DNA of 64,000 nt from Podospora anserina (Eukaryota), in contig CM030337.1 in NCBI GenBank assembly GCA_017654855.1, positions 4,154,001 through 4,218,000 on the forward strand, given 5' to 3'. Positions 36,409 through 48,599 of this stretch are shown in pieces. Every line of letters starts with the position of its first letter. Position 1 is the stretch's first letter. Position numbers and translations under genes: made by a program. The notes under the pieces were generated by a model. The model was given only the letters and a program-made list of their open reading frames with translations. It was not told where the DNA came from and did not search any database.

Positions 36409-37994
36409 TGGTCCCGTCTTCACATGGTTCAATTCTCGGACGTTTTTCATGGGTCCGGGGAGCTGAGCTTGAACTGGAGAAGACGAACGAGTCGGCAACC
36501 GGCAACAGCGGTGGGGGGGGAAGCTCGGACTTGGATAGCGCTTCTCTACCTACACTAGCTCTCGCTACCCCAGACTTGGCACAAACTTGCGAATGGAGTC
36601 AAGCATCCCCAGCGACCCAATGCGCTGGGAGGAAGTGCGCTAGCAGGGACCGGCCTCAACCCCGCAGCGTTTGTCAGTTGTTGTTCAGGCCCAGACAGGC
36701 ATCGAGGACGAACGAGGTGGATTTTTTTATCAATCAGCTGGGAAGAGGCGAGAACGGCATTTGATTTTGGCAAGGAGGGAGGGACAGCTTGGACGACTTG
36801 GACTGCTTGGGATTGTCGGAAATCTTCGGTATCATGCCACAGGTTTCTCGACATGTCAGTTCAGAGTTTTTGTCTTTTCTCATACGGAGTAATTCGTCTA
36901 AATCAAATAGATGCCTTATCGCTTCAACAAGATGGCTTGGAAAAGTGTAGGTACATCTGATGTGTGAATTCGGAGAAGATTACCCACTCTGCTTTCCTTG
37001 GTTGAGTCTAGACTCTTATCTCGTGCAGCAGTCCAGTCAACTACTAACACTAGAAGACGTGCCTTCTTGGGGTAGAATATTGCTTTTTTCTTTGGTTGTC
37101 TTTTCCACGACATGCCCAACTGAACGCCTGACTTGGCTGTTGTGTGCTTTCTGGTGCCGAGATATTCAACAGATGAAATCAATCTTTGATTATCTACGGG
37201 AGGTACCCTCTCAGATCTTCTGTCCAAGTATATTTCTGGCCCCGCATTCTCATCACGTCTAGCCTCCAATACCAATGTGGGTGAACAGGCTGAAATGGGG
37301 TTCCAAAGTCCCGACCACCAATGAAGGTTGACGTCGAAATAATGATACCCCAAGCACATGGCTTAATGACAGGGGTCTAGATGGATTGGACTTCTTTTGC
37401 ATACCGCCCCTCACGTCTTCTCCGCATTCGTTTTACTTACAGACTGACAGACGACTCCTCTTCCCCAGATTCTGCTGTCCAGCATCCAAGCTGGGGTACG
37501 AGGGCAAGGGTCATGGTTACAATTTAGTCCAGCCAAGTTGGCTCCGGTCCATTGGCCGCTCGTCTTGTGACCCCGACCGCTCTGCCATGACTGCAGTGGT
37601 TGGGGTCGGCACTTGGGATTCTGATGTTCACGGTAGGGGTATCAACGCCCATCCGGGGTTGCAGACAGAAATATATTAAATGGGACTCTTACCTTCCGAA
37701 CCTGCCACCCATCCCGCCAACAACTCTGCTATCATCTGCATCCTTAGCTCTGTTCTTTTTGCTTGCTGGCTGCAGTGAGGCAAAGACAGGGGTATCTGTA
37801 GAGATACACGGGGTCTTTCTTGGTTCAATCTCTTGTCTCTGCAAACGTGGCATAGATCAGCCTCCTTCCTTTTAGCCATTGCTACCGACTCTTTTATCTG
37901 AACGCCTCTCTCCGTCCTCTACTCCTTCAAGTCTTACTTGGCACCTTCTCGACATCTTCCTTTCTGACCTCGATTCGGTCACGAGAACAACAAG

Positions 37995-39741
37995 ATGCCG
38001 TCTCCAGGAGAAGAAACGTGGAAGGATCACTGGAAGTGCTTCGTGGCATGTGGTATCATTGTACTCTCGCCATTCCAGTATGGCGTGGACTTTGGTCTCA
38101 TCGGTGGTCTGCAGGCCATGGTTGGCTTCCTCAAGGTTTGTTTACTCACAATTCAGCTCATCCCCCCGCTTGTGAGACAACTCTGACAAGAGTGACACCA
38201 GATCTACGGTCATCCAGCCCCCGACACCGCCATCGGATGGAACCTCGATACGACAAGACAACAATTGATCTCGAGTCTCATGACCCTTGGCGCCTTCATC
38301 TCGTCCGGAACGGCAGGCATCGTGGCCACGTACGTGAGCAGAAGGCAGTGTCTCTGGGCTGCTTGCGCTCTGTGCTGCGTCAGCAACGTGATCATGATGG
38401 CTACTGAGGACATTGGCGCGCTCTATGCTGGCCGCTTCCTCATTGGGTTGGCCAATGGATATTTCATGACCTTCAGCCAGCTGTATATCCAGGAATCGAG
38501 TCCTGCCAGATACAGGGGTTGGTTCTTGACCGCCTTCCAGTTCTTCACTTCCTTTGTGAGCACCCTTGTTTCTTCTTCACACATCGCTATTGAAATAAAG
38601 GCTGACAGAAAGCTGAACAGGGTACTCTGATCGGCACCATCATCGACTGGGCCACCGCTAAGCGCCCCGACAAGTCCGCCTACTTGATTCCCCTCGGCAT
38701 GATCTACATCATCCCTGTCATCATGACCGTCGCCCTCTTCTTCATCCCGGAGTCCCCCCGCTGGCTCATCCTCCGAGGCGACTACGAGCAGGGTGTCAAG
38801 GCTCTCCGGTGGTTGCGTCCTGTTGGCGCCGATGTCGATGCCGAGGGTGCCGAAATCAAAGCCGCCATCGACAGGGAGAAGGAGCTCAGCAGCAGCATCA
38901 GCGTCATGGACATGTTCAAGAACCCCATCGACAGAAGACGCACTGGTCTCGCCGTTGGTGCTGTCCTCTTGCAAGCCGCCTCCGGTTCCATGTTCGTCAT
39001 CGCCTACAAGGCCTACTTCCTCGCCATGTCCAAGGTCTCGGACCCGTTTGCTATGAGCAACGTCCTCTCCGCCATGGGCATCCTCGCCATCTTCTTCAAC
39101 AGCTTGATCGTCGTCCGCTGGGGCAGACGCCGTGTCATCCTCACTGCCGGTCTGGCCATCTGCGGTATCCTCCAGCTGATCATCGCTGTTGTCTACCATA
39201 TCCTGGGCGCAACCAATACCACCGGAATCGTCCTGGTAGCCCTGACCTGCGTCTACATGATGACCTACAACGGCATGATCTCCACCTACGCCTGGCTCGC
39301 AGGTGGAGAGATCCCCTCTCAGCGTCTCAGAAGCTACACTTTCGGTCTCGCCGCCGCCGTTGGTTTCTTCGGCGCCTGGCTCACAACTTTTACAGCGCCA
39401 TATTTCATCAATCCTGCCTCTCTCGCGTGGGGTCCCAAGTATGGCTTCATCTGGTTCCCCAGCTGCATCATCGGTGTGCTCTGGGTTCTGTTCTTCTTGC
39501 CCGAGACCAAGGGCCGCACCCTCGAGGAGATTGACGAGATGTTTGAGGCCAAGCTGCCTGCGCGCAAGTTCAGACACCACATCTGTGTTGGCCATGTGAA
39601 TACTGCCGAGAAAATTGATGATCGCGCTTCGGAAAAAGTGAGCCCCCCCCCAACCCCTGAGCTTTGGATTAGCGTTAGGGTTATGATACTAACTTTTTGC
39701 AGACACCCACCGAGGTTCAACATGCCGAAGTGAAGGCTTAA
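37995..39741 (+). CDS. MFS sugar porter (maltose/alpha-glucoside permease-like); 4 exons
   Basis: QYGVDFGLIGGLQAM, GRFLIG, YIQESSPARYRG, PESPRWL, GRR, GEIPSQRLR, PETKGRTLEEIDEMF. Introns at about 38136-38201, 38556-38620 and 39638-39702. Confidence 0.95.
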
Positions 39742-40123
39742 ATCGTTTCCTTGTTTTGCCGTCTATAGAATTGAGGATCAATTGTCTTAGATACAGACAA
39801 GGCGTTTGGGAGGGTTGAATGCGATGAGTAATGCGGAGGAAAGTTGTGCCTAGATAAACATAGAGATGCAACTGGAAGCCAAGTCTCTATCGCATATTTT
39901 CATCTGCCGTGGCTTCTGCATTGGTATTGGTTCCATAAGGGGGCATTTTGCATGACAGATACTGGGCCAGCTTTATGACAGAGGATCGAACCAACGCAAT
40001 ATCAAATGCAACATTCTGTCCATGCTTATTGTCTGTGTTGAATCTCCACAGATCAGTATCACCTAGGTGTATGATATCATAGCCCATACCCCCAAATGCA
40101 AATCAATAGGCCTTTAAAGACAT

Positions 40124-40501
40124 TTCAAATGCCTATTAGCTATCTTTAAAGGCCTATTTCATATGTTAAAAGGCTTATTAATGATGTATAAAAGCCTATG
40201 AACTATCTTTAAACACTTATTACCTATCTTTAAACGCCTATTAGCTATATTTAAAGGCCTATTAGCTGTATTTAAAGGCATATTAATTTTGTTTAAAGGC
40301 AAGTGAACTAGCTTTGAAGGTATATGAACTATCTTTAAAGGCCTATTGTGTATGTTTCAAGGTATATGAACTATCTTTAGAGGCCTGTTGTCTATGTTTA
40401 AAGGCCTATTCGTTATATTTAAAGGTATATGAACTATCTTTCAAGGTCTATAAACTATCTTTGAATGCCTATCCATTGTGTTTAAAGGGCTTATACCATT
40501 T
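40124..40501 (+). repeat. 21-bp tandem array, 18 units, consensus about TTTAAAGGCCTATKARCTATC
   Basis: Unit starts at 40124, 40145, 40166 ... 40481 in exact 21-nt register with no indels. Confidence 0.95.
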
Positions 40502-40564
40502 CAATTGAATTTTTGTAATTGAAGCCCTCGCGGAAAGCCTGGCAGTTGAAGCCCTTGCAGAAGC

Positions 40565-40639
40565 CTGGCAGTTTAAGGTCTGGCAGTTGAAGGTCTGGCA
40601 GTTGAAGGTCTGGCAGTTGAAGGTCTGGCAATTAAAGCC
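40565..40639 (+). repeat. 15-bp tandem array (CTGGCAGTTGAAGGT) x5
   Basis: Units at 40565, 40580, 40595, 40610 and 40625, plus a variant at 40539. Confidence 0.95.
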
Positions 40640-42108
40640 TTGGATAAGGTGGTGTGAGGTTGAAGGCTTGCATCGGCGCGTGGCCATCGGGCATCAACAC
40701 CACGGCACTATTAACCACGACACTTTCACAAATATATACTGTAATTTGTAAGACAAAAAATGCATTGCAATGTTGGTGATAATGGAAATAAGTGGATGTC
40801 ATGGAAAATAGTTGGTGAGAATATTATAGTATGGGAGTAATGCCCCCCTAGAAAAAGGATAATGCGCCCTTAGAATTCCTTATGTATTATATTTAAAGGC
40901 CTATTAGCTGTGTTCAAAGGCCTATGAACTATCTTTAAACGCCTACGGACTCTCTTTAATAAACACTATAGGGTAAGATGGATGCCGACTTATCCCACCA
41001 TCTAACATTGTAACACCTTGCTAAGTACACTGTAGCAGGTATCCTGTAAATGATATCGAGAGTAACAGATTTGCAGTTTCTTTGATGGTATATCAGCGGT
41101 TTGACAAAATCATCAAGGTACATGACCCCCAGTGTTGGATGCACCCGCGACGGGACGATATCGCAGTGCTGCTGTAAAATCTTCGGTCAAACTGAAGCGA
41201 GCTTCATTCAGCCATAATAACAGCATCCTGACCGCTGAGACTCAGTCATCCACCACCGGCCCGAATGCTCTATCTCGATTAGACGTCGGTTTCTGGTGTC
41301 ATTGTCACCACACTACCGGCTTGGCAGTCCCCCGAGCCTGAACACGCAGTCTGGGACACCAGTCGACCATCGCCAATGAACTACCAGACAGTCAGATCTC
41401 CAATACGATACTCCATAGCTGTGTTGGGGGCTGGTTGCACTGGCTGATGCTGTGCGTCGTTCATATTTCCCAAGCCGGACCGATCTATCCTCGCCTTCCT
41501 TTCTTTCTGCTCTCGCATACTGTCATCAGTCGTTGGGAGTAGGTGAGCTTGCCGGTTTGGCCCCCGGCTGGTGACACGGCTCTCTTGAAATACTCATCAC
41601 ATCTTTGCCTGCCGGCCATCTTCTGTAGTCTTCCGCGATAAAGATAGCAACTTGGCGCCACCAAGACGTGAAGGCTGTCCGGGTATCGGCTAGTGGGCCA
41701 GGTATGAGGGGAATCAAGTCTGGGAAAGGCAAGTACAAACGATACACACACAGAGACTGCAGTTACCCCTGTGAAACGCCATCCATCGAGACCAGACAGT
41801 GGTCTATGGTCGTCATCAGTGCGGGTGCAACCTGTGACCCAAAGGAGTACAGATGATGATGATGATGAAGAAGAAGCAGAAGAGGGGAGCCGGGAAGGTG
41901 TGGGGAGGTCTGCCTGGAGAAGCTCCGGTCTGCTCCCCACCAGAGCCCTTTTAACTCGTGATTGTGCCACTGCAATCCGCTGTGTCAACAAACATAAAAC
42001 CTTAACTTGCAGCTTACCACGCTTGGGGATGGGCCCTGGCTCTAATACGAGCATCCGCAATCCAGAGCCAATTCCGATCCGGTGGGAACAGCCACAACGG
42101 CTTAACCG

Positions 42109-44122
42109 ATGTCATTCATACAGTTCCAACCCCCTTTTCCCTTTCCTCCCTCGTCCTACCAGCACAGCTATTCATACAGACACTCCCGTGACTGGCGGAG
42201 AGCGGGCATCGTGCGCTCGTCTCCCTTCCGGAATCATGGCAGGCACGGCTCTGCCTTCTTGCCTCCATGTCTAGGAGGGCGTTTTCACGCCGCTGCGGCC
42301 TCCATGGTTGCTAACGTCGGGACCCCTCGACCAAGCTCGATATATCCATCAACAATTCCAAGCTCCACGGCCATCCCATACCAAGAACCGTTCGCGGCTG
42401 CACCGCCGGAGAATTACATGATGCAAGGGAATCCAACAAATACAGGTGCTCCGCCGGAGAAACCGTTGGTCCCGAGCAGCACTGCAGATTGGGAAGCCAA
42501 AAAGGATGTCATCAGGCAGCTGTACATGGACGAAAATCGCATTTTGAACGAGGTCATCGATATTATGCACCGCGTTCACAGGTTCAAGGCAACGTAAGCT
42601 GGCTCTCTCTCTCCTCGGACCGAAGATAGTAGGCAGGCCGAGTTAACGTGTGAGACAATGACAATGCAGAGCGAGAATGTACAAAGGCCAGTTCCACAAG
42701 TGGGAGTGGTCAAAGTACAACACCAGAAAGGGACGAAGCCAGAACGCCTTGATGCCCGCTCAGTCCAGGGCAACAAAGAAGCGAGCACACGACGCCAACA
42801 ATACCGTCAGTAGTGAGACGGCCGCAGCTCACCTTGACTTTGATCTTCCAACTGTCCATTCAACTGGGAGCCAAGCTGTGATGGCAAGAGTTGGAAATGC
42901 GATGAACACGCCGCTCTTGCATCAAAACTCCGACTTTCGCAATGTTGAATTCTCTCTCGATGCGTACAAGGCGCTGATCAACATTTGGTCCCCCGGTGAC
43001 AAGCCGTGGAAGTCTTCGATTCCGTCACCTCCCACCGCGCCTGCTGGAACCATACTTCAACAAGTTCAGCAAGCGCTAGCTTTGTTTGACCGGGGGCAGA
43101 ATGCAGGAGGAATCCGAATCCTGGACTCGGTCAATGAAAGAATAGCCTCTGCTCTCACAATCACCGCATCCTCTTCTTCTTCGGCAGCCTGTGGTGACAA
43201 CAAGACCGGCACCGAGATCACCACCACCACCACTGCCACCACCGCCACCACTGCCAGCATCCCCATCGAAATCATATGGGACTGTTTTCTTGCCGTCCCC
43301 CAGCTGATCCTCACCGCCAACCGGCCCGAGCTACTAAGTCTCTTCATGGACTACCTCGCCCGCTACGCCAACATCACCCTGTCGTCGGGGCACCCCCTTA
43401 CCAAAATTTCATGCCATCTCGCCGCCTTGACCCGTGCGTTTTCCATCCACCGCCAGCAAAAGAACAATCACCCCCAAACCAGCCAAGAAGAAGCCCTCAA
43501 CATGCTCAAAATGTATGTCTCCGAGTCCTGGACCCTCTGGCTCGACCTCATCACCGAGACACGCGGGCCGAAAGACCATGTCACCATCCACCTCCGCCGC
43601 GGGTACGCAGTGCTCATGGAGGAAGATGGCGATTCCCCGGGACGAGGAAGCTCAAGGTTACTTACCGATTTTACGTCCAGTCTGGACGAGTCGATCCAGA
43701 TCCGCGGGGAGGAGGCCACCACTGCACGGGTGCTAGAGTTGGAGGAGTTACTGGCCAAGATGTACATGCCACTTTTTACGCCAAAGAAGCTGGCGCACGC
43801 GGAGAAGATGCTCAAAGATGTGATCACAAAGGTGGTGACGAGGCTGGGGAAAGGGGGGACGAGGGCGGACACAGAAATGGGGTACAATGACCGGTTTTTG
43901 CTCTTCATTGTCAAGCACTTCTTGGCAAGGATAGCAGATCATGAAGGGAATTTGGAAGCTGGGCGGAAGTGGAGGAGGGAGAGCTTGGAGACGGAGAAGA
44001 AGGATTTGTTTTGGAGGCAGACGTCGCAGATGGTGGAGGAGGGCTTGAGGGCGGATGGGAGGGAGGAGGAGGCGGAAGAGATTAAGCGGGAGATGGAGGA
44101 AGTGATGCCCAAAGAGGAGTAG
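42109..44122 (+). CDS. Clr5-domain protein; 2 exons (start may instead be ATG 42304)
   Basis: Clr5 signature DWEAKKDVIRQLYMDENRILNEVIDIMHRVHRFKAT|ARMYKGQFHKWEWSKYN across intron 42594-42669, followed by a helical C-terminal region. Confidence 0.88.
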
Positions 44123-45423
44123 GAGGAGGAGGAGGAGGAGGGACCCGAAAACTGCATGACAACTTGGATTGTTTTGTTTCAGTTTGGTGTGTTTACCTGC
44201 CATGGAGGCAGTACGAGGGGTTGCTGTGGCTGCGGAGAGGGTTGAGAGCCTTCAACGAGTGACAAAAAGAGATACCTATGATTTGGCTTTGGATTTCCCC
44301 TTCTTTGTATCCATACCTTACCTGATAGCTTTGGACGTAGCGAAATTTGAGACACGGGACCACACACCTATCTGATACACGGCAGTGACAAGCACCGACT
44401 CCGACTCCTTCACCATCGCTCCCACATTCTCTGTTCCTCAAAACCGGGGAGTTGCTTATCCTCGTGCAGTTTGACAGAGGGGGCCTGCACGGGTGTAACC
44501 TGCTCGCCTAGGAAGACTGCTTTACCAGTTAGCTGACACTGAAAGCTTGGCCCGAAAAAGCTGTGCTACGGCCGATACCCGAGTTCGGCTGATCAGAGGA
44601 GAAGGCTGCGGAGTGAAAGGGGGTTATCTATCGGAGGATACAGCAATAAGCTTGTATGCAAGCTGCCTCGCAGACGACGGGGGATGCTGTGCAAGTGCGA
44701 TGGTGGTGTCTGGTTCGCCATGTCCTCGAGAAATACTACGTTACCAGTGATGAGAATTAAGCCGACCTTCGCCCAGAAATATCTGAGCACAATTTCAACT
44801 GATGCACCAACTTTCTCAGTGGGGAGGATGGTATGGCACATGTCATGCAAACCTGAAAGTGCCTGGTGCTCGACGGTAGGGGGCAGCCCCTGACAGTTGC
44901 CCGGCCAACTTGGGCCAACCAACCCCTGAGTTTGCTACCCTAAGGGGTTCTGGCCCCATCCCATCGCCTCTCCTGAGCGTGATATGAGAAGTATCTCCAG
45001 GCAACCAGAAAGGCAGTAATTGTCGAGAGTAGCACGAGACTGAGTTTTCAATACTTCTATTTTGGCATGCCCGCTCACCTTGCTCATCGCTCCGCTCGGG
45101 ACCGTGGTATCACGGTGACATCAACCTTGCCACCCGCGACGGAAAGCCTATCCGGCACAATCAATCCACGACAGGGAGTCCCGCTCCTAGAGAGCGAGCA
45201 TTGAAGCTGGGGTAAGAAGATGTCAGCTCGGCGACCAGGATGGAGCTGTCATGGCCAAGAGCTGACCGAGTGACAACACAATGACGTCCACGACTGAGCT
45301 GTCACCAAACACAATGCCTCCCTATAACTGCGTTACCCCTTTTTCTTCTTGCCATGTAACAAAAACAACTCACCGGACACTTTTTCCCTCGGTCAAAAGA
45401 GGAAAAGCATCCAGCCAGCCGAA

Positions 45424-46144
45424 ATGTCCGAGCCCGACTTGTCCAAGATCGCCCGCGATGCCGAGCGGGACCTGAACACGTATCAGTCCAAGACCGGCTC
45501 CTCCAGACGAGGACTGGATGACTCTGGTGTCACTGACACGTCGGCTAACAAGATGTTTTCCGGCTCGACTGTCAAGACGGGGGACGACTTTGTCACCAGC
45601 AAGAGCTACAACCGTCGCATTCCGGGTGATGAAGGAGGTGATGTGGACGACAAGGGACAGTAAGCCATTGCTGCCCGAGAGGAGTACAAAATGAAAAGCA
45701 GGGGCTTACCAGATTCGCAGCTGGGTCCATGGCCGGGCGTATGAGGGTGAAGGTGGTCCAGAAGACAAGACAGCTCACATCTATCAGCACAATCCGGGCG
45801 GGATTGACGAGGCAACAGTGAGGAAGTGGGGCAAGGATCCGGTCGAGCTGGAAAGGGCTACACTCCGGAAGGACAGGCCTGATTTGCTCCCTTCCGAGGA
45901 AGCACTCGGCGGGAGAGCTAACGAGCCGGCTCACCAGGGCGACGTTTCCGAACAAGGTAGACTGGCGTCCAAGGCCAATTTGGGACGGGATGAGGAGGAC
46001 AAGAGAGAGCTGCCGAGCCAAGGGTCAGGTGGTTCCCGCTACAAGGCGGCCTACTATGAGACACCCGAGAGTGTGCCCGATCAAGGAGCTGATATTGGTG
46101 TGATTCCGCCCAAGTCCTCAACGGGAAGATCACGCAACATCTAG
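45424..46144 (+). CDS. Hydrophilic (hydrophilin/LEA-like) protein of unknown function; 2 exons
   Basis: MSEPDLSKIARDAERDLNTYQSKTG..NRRIPGDEGGDVDDKG; intron 45660-45720 restores the frame to YEGEGGPEDK and on into ORF 45818-46144. G/D/E/R-rich. Confidence 0.8.
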
Positions 46145-46265
46145 TCGGTCAATTGATACTGTCGAGTAGTGTAATATGGTGAATGTTCTGTTCTGTCTAT
46201 CATCTATTAGTGTATCCCGCGTAGTGCATAAAGGTGCAGATGTGATGTTGGAATGACCGACAATC

Positions 46266-47252
46266 TCACAGCTTCTCGTCCTCACGAGGGGCCTCCGTTA
46301 GAGACTGTAGCACAAATCCAGCCAGCGGCACCACCCACTCTTTGCTCACGGGCACATAATGCCCGCCCGGATGGACCACCTTGACTGCCCCCTCCGACCT
46401 TTCCACCAGCCCCTGACTCCTGCTCTCATCCACCACTGTATCCAGACCACCAAAATAGTGCAAGCTCGGCGTCTTCACCTTTGGCTGATAAAGCCACCCG
46501 CTCAGGTCCTGGTCCACAGCCCAGAACCCAGAGTACGACACCCAAAACTTGAGCGGCTGTCCGCCGTTTGCGGCCCGTATACTTCCCACCCACTCCTTGT
46601 GCTCCTCAGCCGGCTGCCTGAACCCTTCCAACGCGGCAGCAAGAATGGAAGCTACACAGCCCCCCTGACTGAACCCAATCACACCTTCGATACCGCCGCC
46701 GGTCTCTTCGATAGCGGAGGCGAGTTGTAACATTCCCTGCTGGACAAGACGATACGACCCAGTAGCTTCGTCTTTGCGGAACCAAGCCCAAGAGTCTATC
46801 TCCTCGTCCTCTCTGCCTTCGTTGTCGGATGACGGCTGATACCCCGGGATGTCGCGGGGGTACAGCCGGTTGGGGGCGGTGGGGTAGATGAGAGAAGGGA
46901 TGAGATTTCGGGGAGCCAGAGCCTTGACGAGGAGCTTTTCCACCGCGCGGGTTTTGGCGCGAAAGAGGGGACCAGATTGAGTGTAGCCTTTTTTTGCCAG
47001 TGTTAGTGAGCTGAGGTCAAACATGAGAGTAAGTAGTACGAGTGAGAGGTGCGGTGAGGGGTAACCGATACGACAAGTCGAGAGTAAAACCGCTCATATA
47101 TGAGTCCCTAGGTCCGCAAAAAAAGGCTTACCATGAAGCATCAATATTTTGACTTCCTTCTTTGGTGGCTTGTTGTTGACGGCCTTGCCCCTGGGAACTG
47201 GCGTGGAAGCCCCGGAGATGGGAGTCTGCGTGCCGCTTTGTGTCTCGGCCAT
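46266..47252 (-). CDS. FSH1/OVCA2-family serine hydrolase; 2 exons
   Basis: KILMLHG|YTQSG across intron 46988-47131, nucleophile motif GFSQGG, PSLHYFGGLDTVV, HPGGHYVP. Confidence 0.93.
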
Positions 47253-48176
47253 GGTGGTGCTGCAAAAGAGACTTCTCTGACTAGCGCTGAAGAAACGCAC
47301 AACTTGAAAGGAATGGATCCGAGATTGCGACCTGCTGGCGACAAATCTCCAGGTGTGAAATGACAGCATGTGAATAAAAGCTGTCAACTGCGGCGGCGGC
47401 GTCCATCCAGTCTTCTCGGAGGGCCAGCGGGATTGGCTCGGCATGACACATGCGGCCAGCGTTGGGGTTCGAACTTGGGCTTAAAAATCACGATAAGATA
47501 GGGCCCACTGGAGGCGAATCACCCAGGGGCATGGCTTGAACAGACATGATTTTTGATAAGATCAAGGGATGCCACATGGGCTTATTTATTTTTTTGGGGG
47601 TATCGTTCATCTACGAGCAGCAACAGAGACATGTAACCTCTACTGATTCCCAACGTATCCTAAAGCAGCAAAACGTGCTCTCAACGCGGGCGCCCAGCAA
47701 CGGGTAGAAATTCAATCTATGCCAGAGCGAAAACATCCATACCAACGGGAGAATGGTGATGAATGTCGATAACCCACTGCGAACAGTGAGTAGCTGGCAA
47801 ATGCTGTTGACCTGAGTCTTGAGCAACCCCCGATCCCTCTTGATAACCTGAAAAACTGGCTTCACAACTCCTGATGTCGACACCAGACTCTGAATTGAGC
47901 AGTCATACAGGTTGGTTCTCGGCAAAGCGACTGGAAAGCTGTAGATGCCATCCGTTTCACCCTTCCTCTCTGCAACCTCCCGCGCAAACAAGGGGAACAC
48001 ATCGAAACCGCCGACACGGCTCAATTGATGTTGGCTGCCTGCTATGATACATATACACTGGCGCAAATGACCTCGGGGCTCGCGTTCAGGGGGAATAAGA
48101 ATCGTGGGTCAAGGAAATTGCCGCATCGCTCTCGTCTCTTGTATTCCAACAACCGTCGTCAACAGCGTCGTCTACT

Positions 48177-48599
48177 TTAATGGGAAGCCTTGGCGTTGGG
48201 GTTGCGGGGGTCGTTCTTGAACTCGTCGCCTGTGGGGGAGTATTGTTAGTATTTGGGAACTCGGTGGATCGTGGGCGCAGGGAGTCGGCGAGGACAGGAG
48301 GGGCGGAGGGGCATACTGTTCATCATGGCAGTCTGGGCCGAGTTGACGCCATAGGCAATGACCACGGCTGGTAGGAGTCGAGGTTAGTTACTGAAGAGAG
48401 CAGCCCGGGGGAGGTGTCGTCGAGTTATAGTCGGGTTAGGTTAGTGACATACCGGCAGCGAAGAAGGGAGCCATGGGACGCACTGTGGTCATTCAATCGT
48501 CAGTCAGCGCACACGATGATGGGGGGGATTCAATTGGGACAGCAACATACACACGGGCGTCGGGAACTTCTTGAAGGGGGCAACTCCGAGCCAAGACAT
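48177..48599 (-). CDS. ATP18: Mitochondrial ATP synthase subunit j (i/j); 4 small exons, absent from ORF track
   Basis: Manual splicing over three GTATGY..CTRAC..CAG introns gives MSWLGVAPFKKFPTPVLRPMAPFFAAAVVIAYGVNSAQTAMMNSDEFKNDPRNPNAKASH*, with the family motifs KFPTP, PFF and EFxNDPRNP. Confidence 0.93.

Larger units (their letters stand above)
40105..40958. repeat. AT-rich degenerate repeat element (possible RIP-mutated transposon or gene relic)
   Basis: Abrupt AT-rich island rich in TpA. It contains 21-bp and 15-bp arrays, an inverted unit at the left edge, and three more 21-bp units at 40892-40954. Confidence 0.7.

Noticed and set aside
37460-37660. CreA-like SYGGRG and CGG-N8-CCG motifs upstream of the sugar porter
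   Set aside because: Plausible, but too short and common to support without conservation data.
38423-39595. 390-aa antisense ORF over the sugar porter
   Set aside because: Antisense shadow of a strongly C-ending-biased gene.
40124-40501. CRISPR-like look of the 21-bp array (conserved core plus variable part)
   Set aside because: Eukaryotic context, no cas genes, and the variable parts are only about 9 nt and related to each other. It is a tandem repeat, not a repeat-spacer array.
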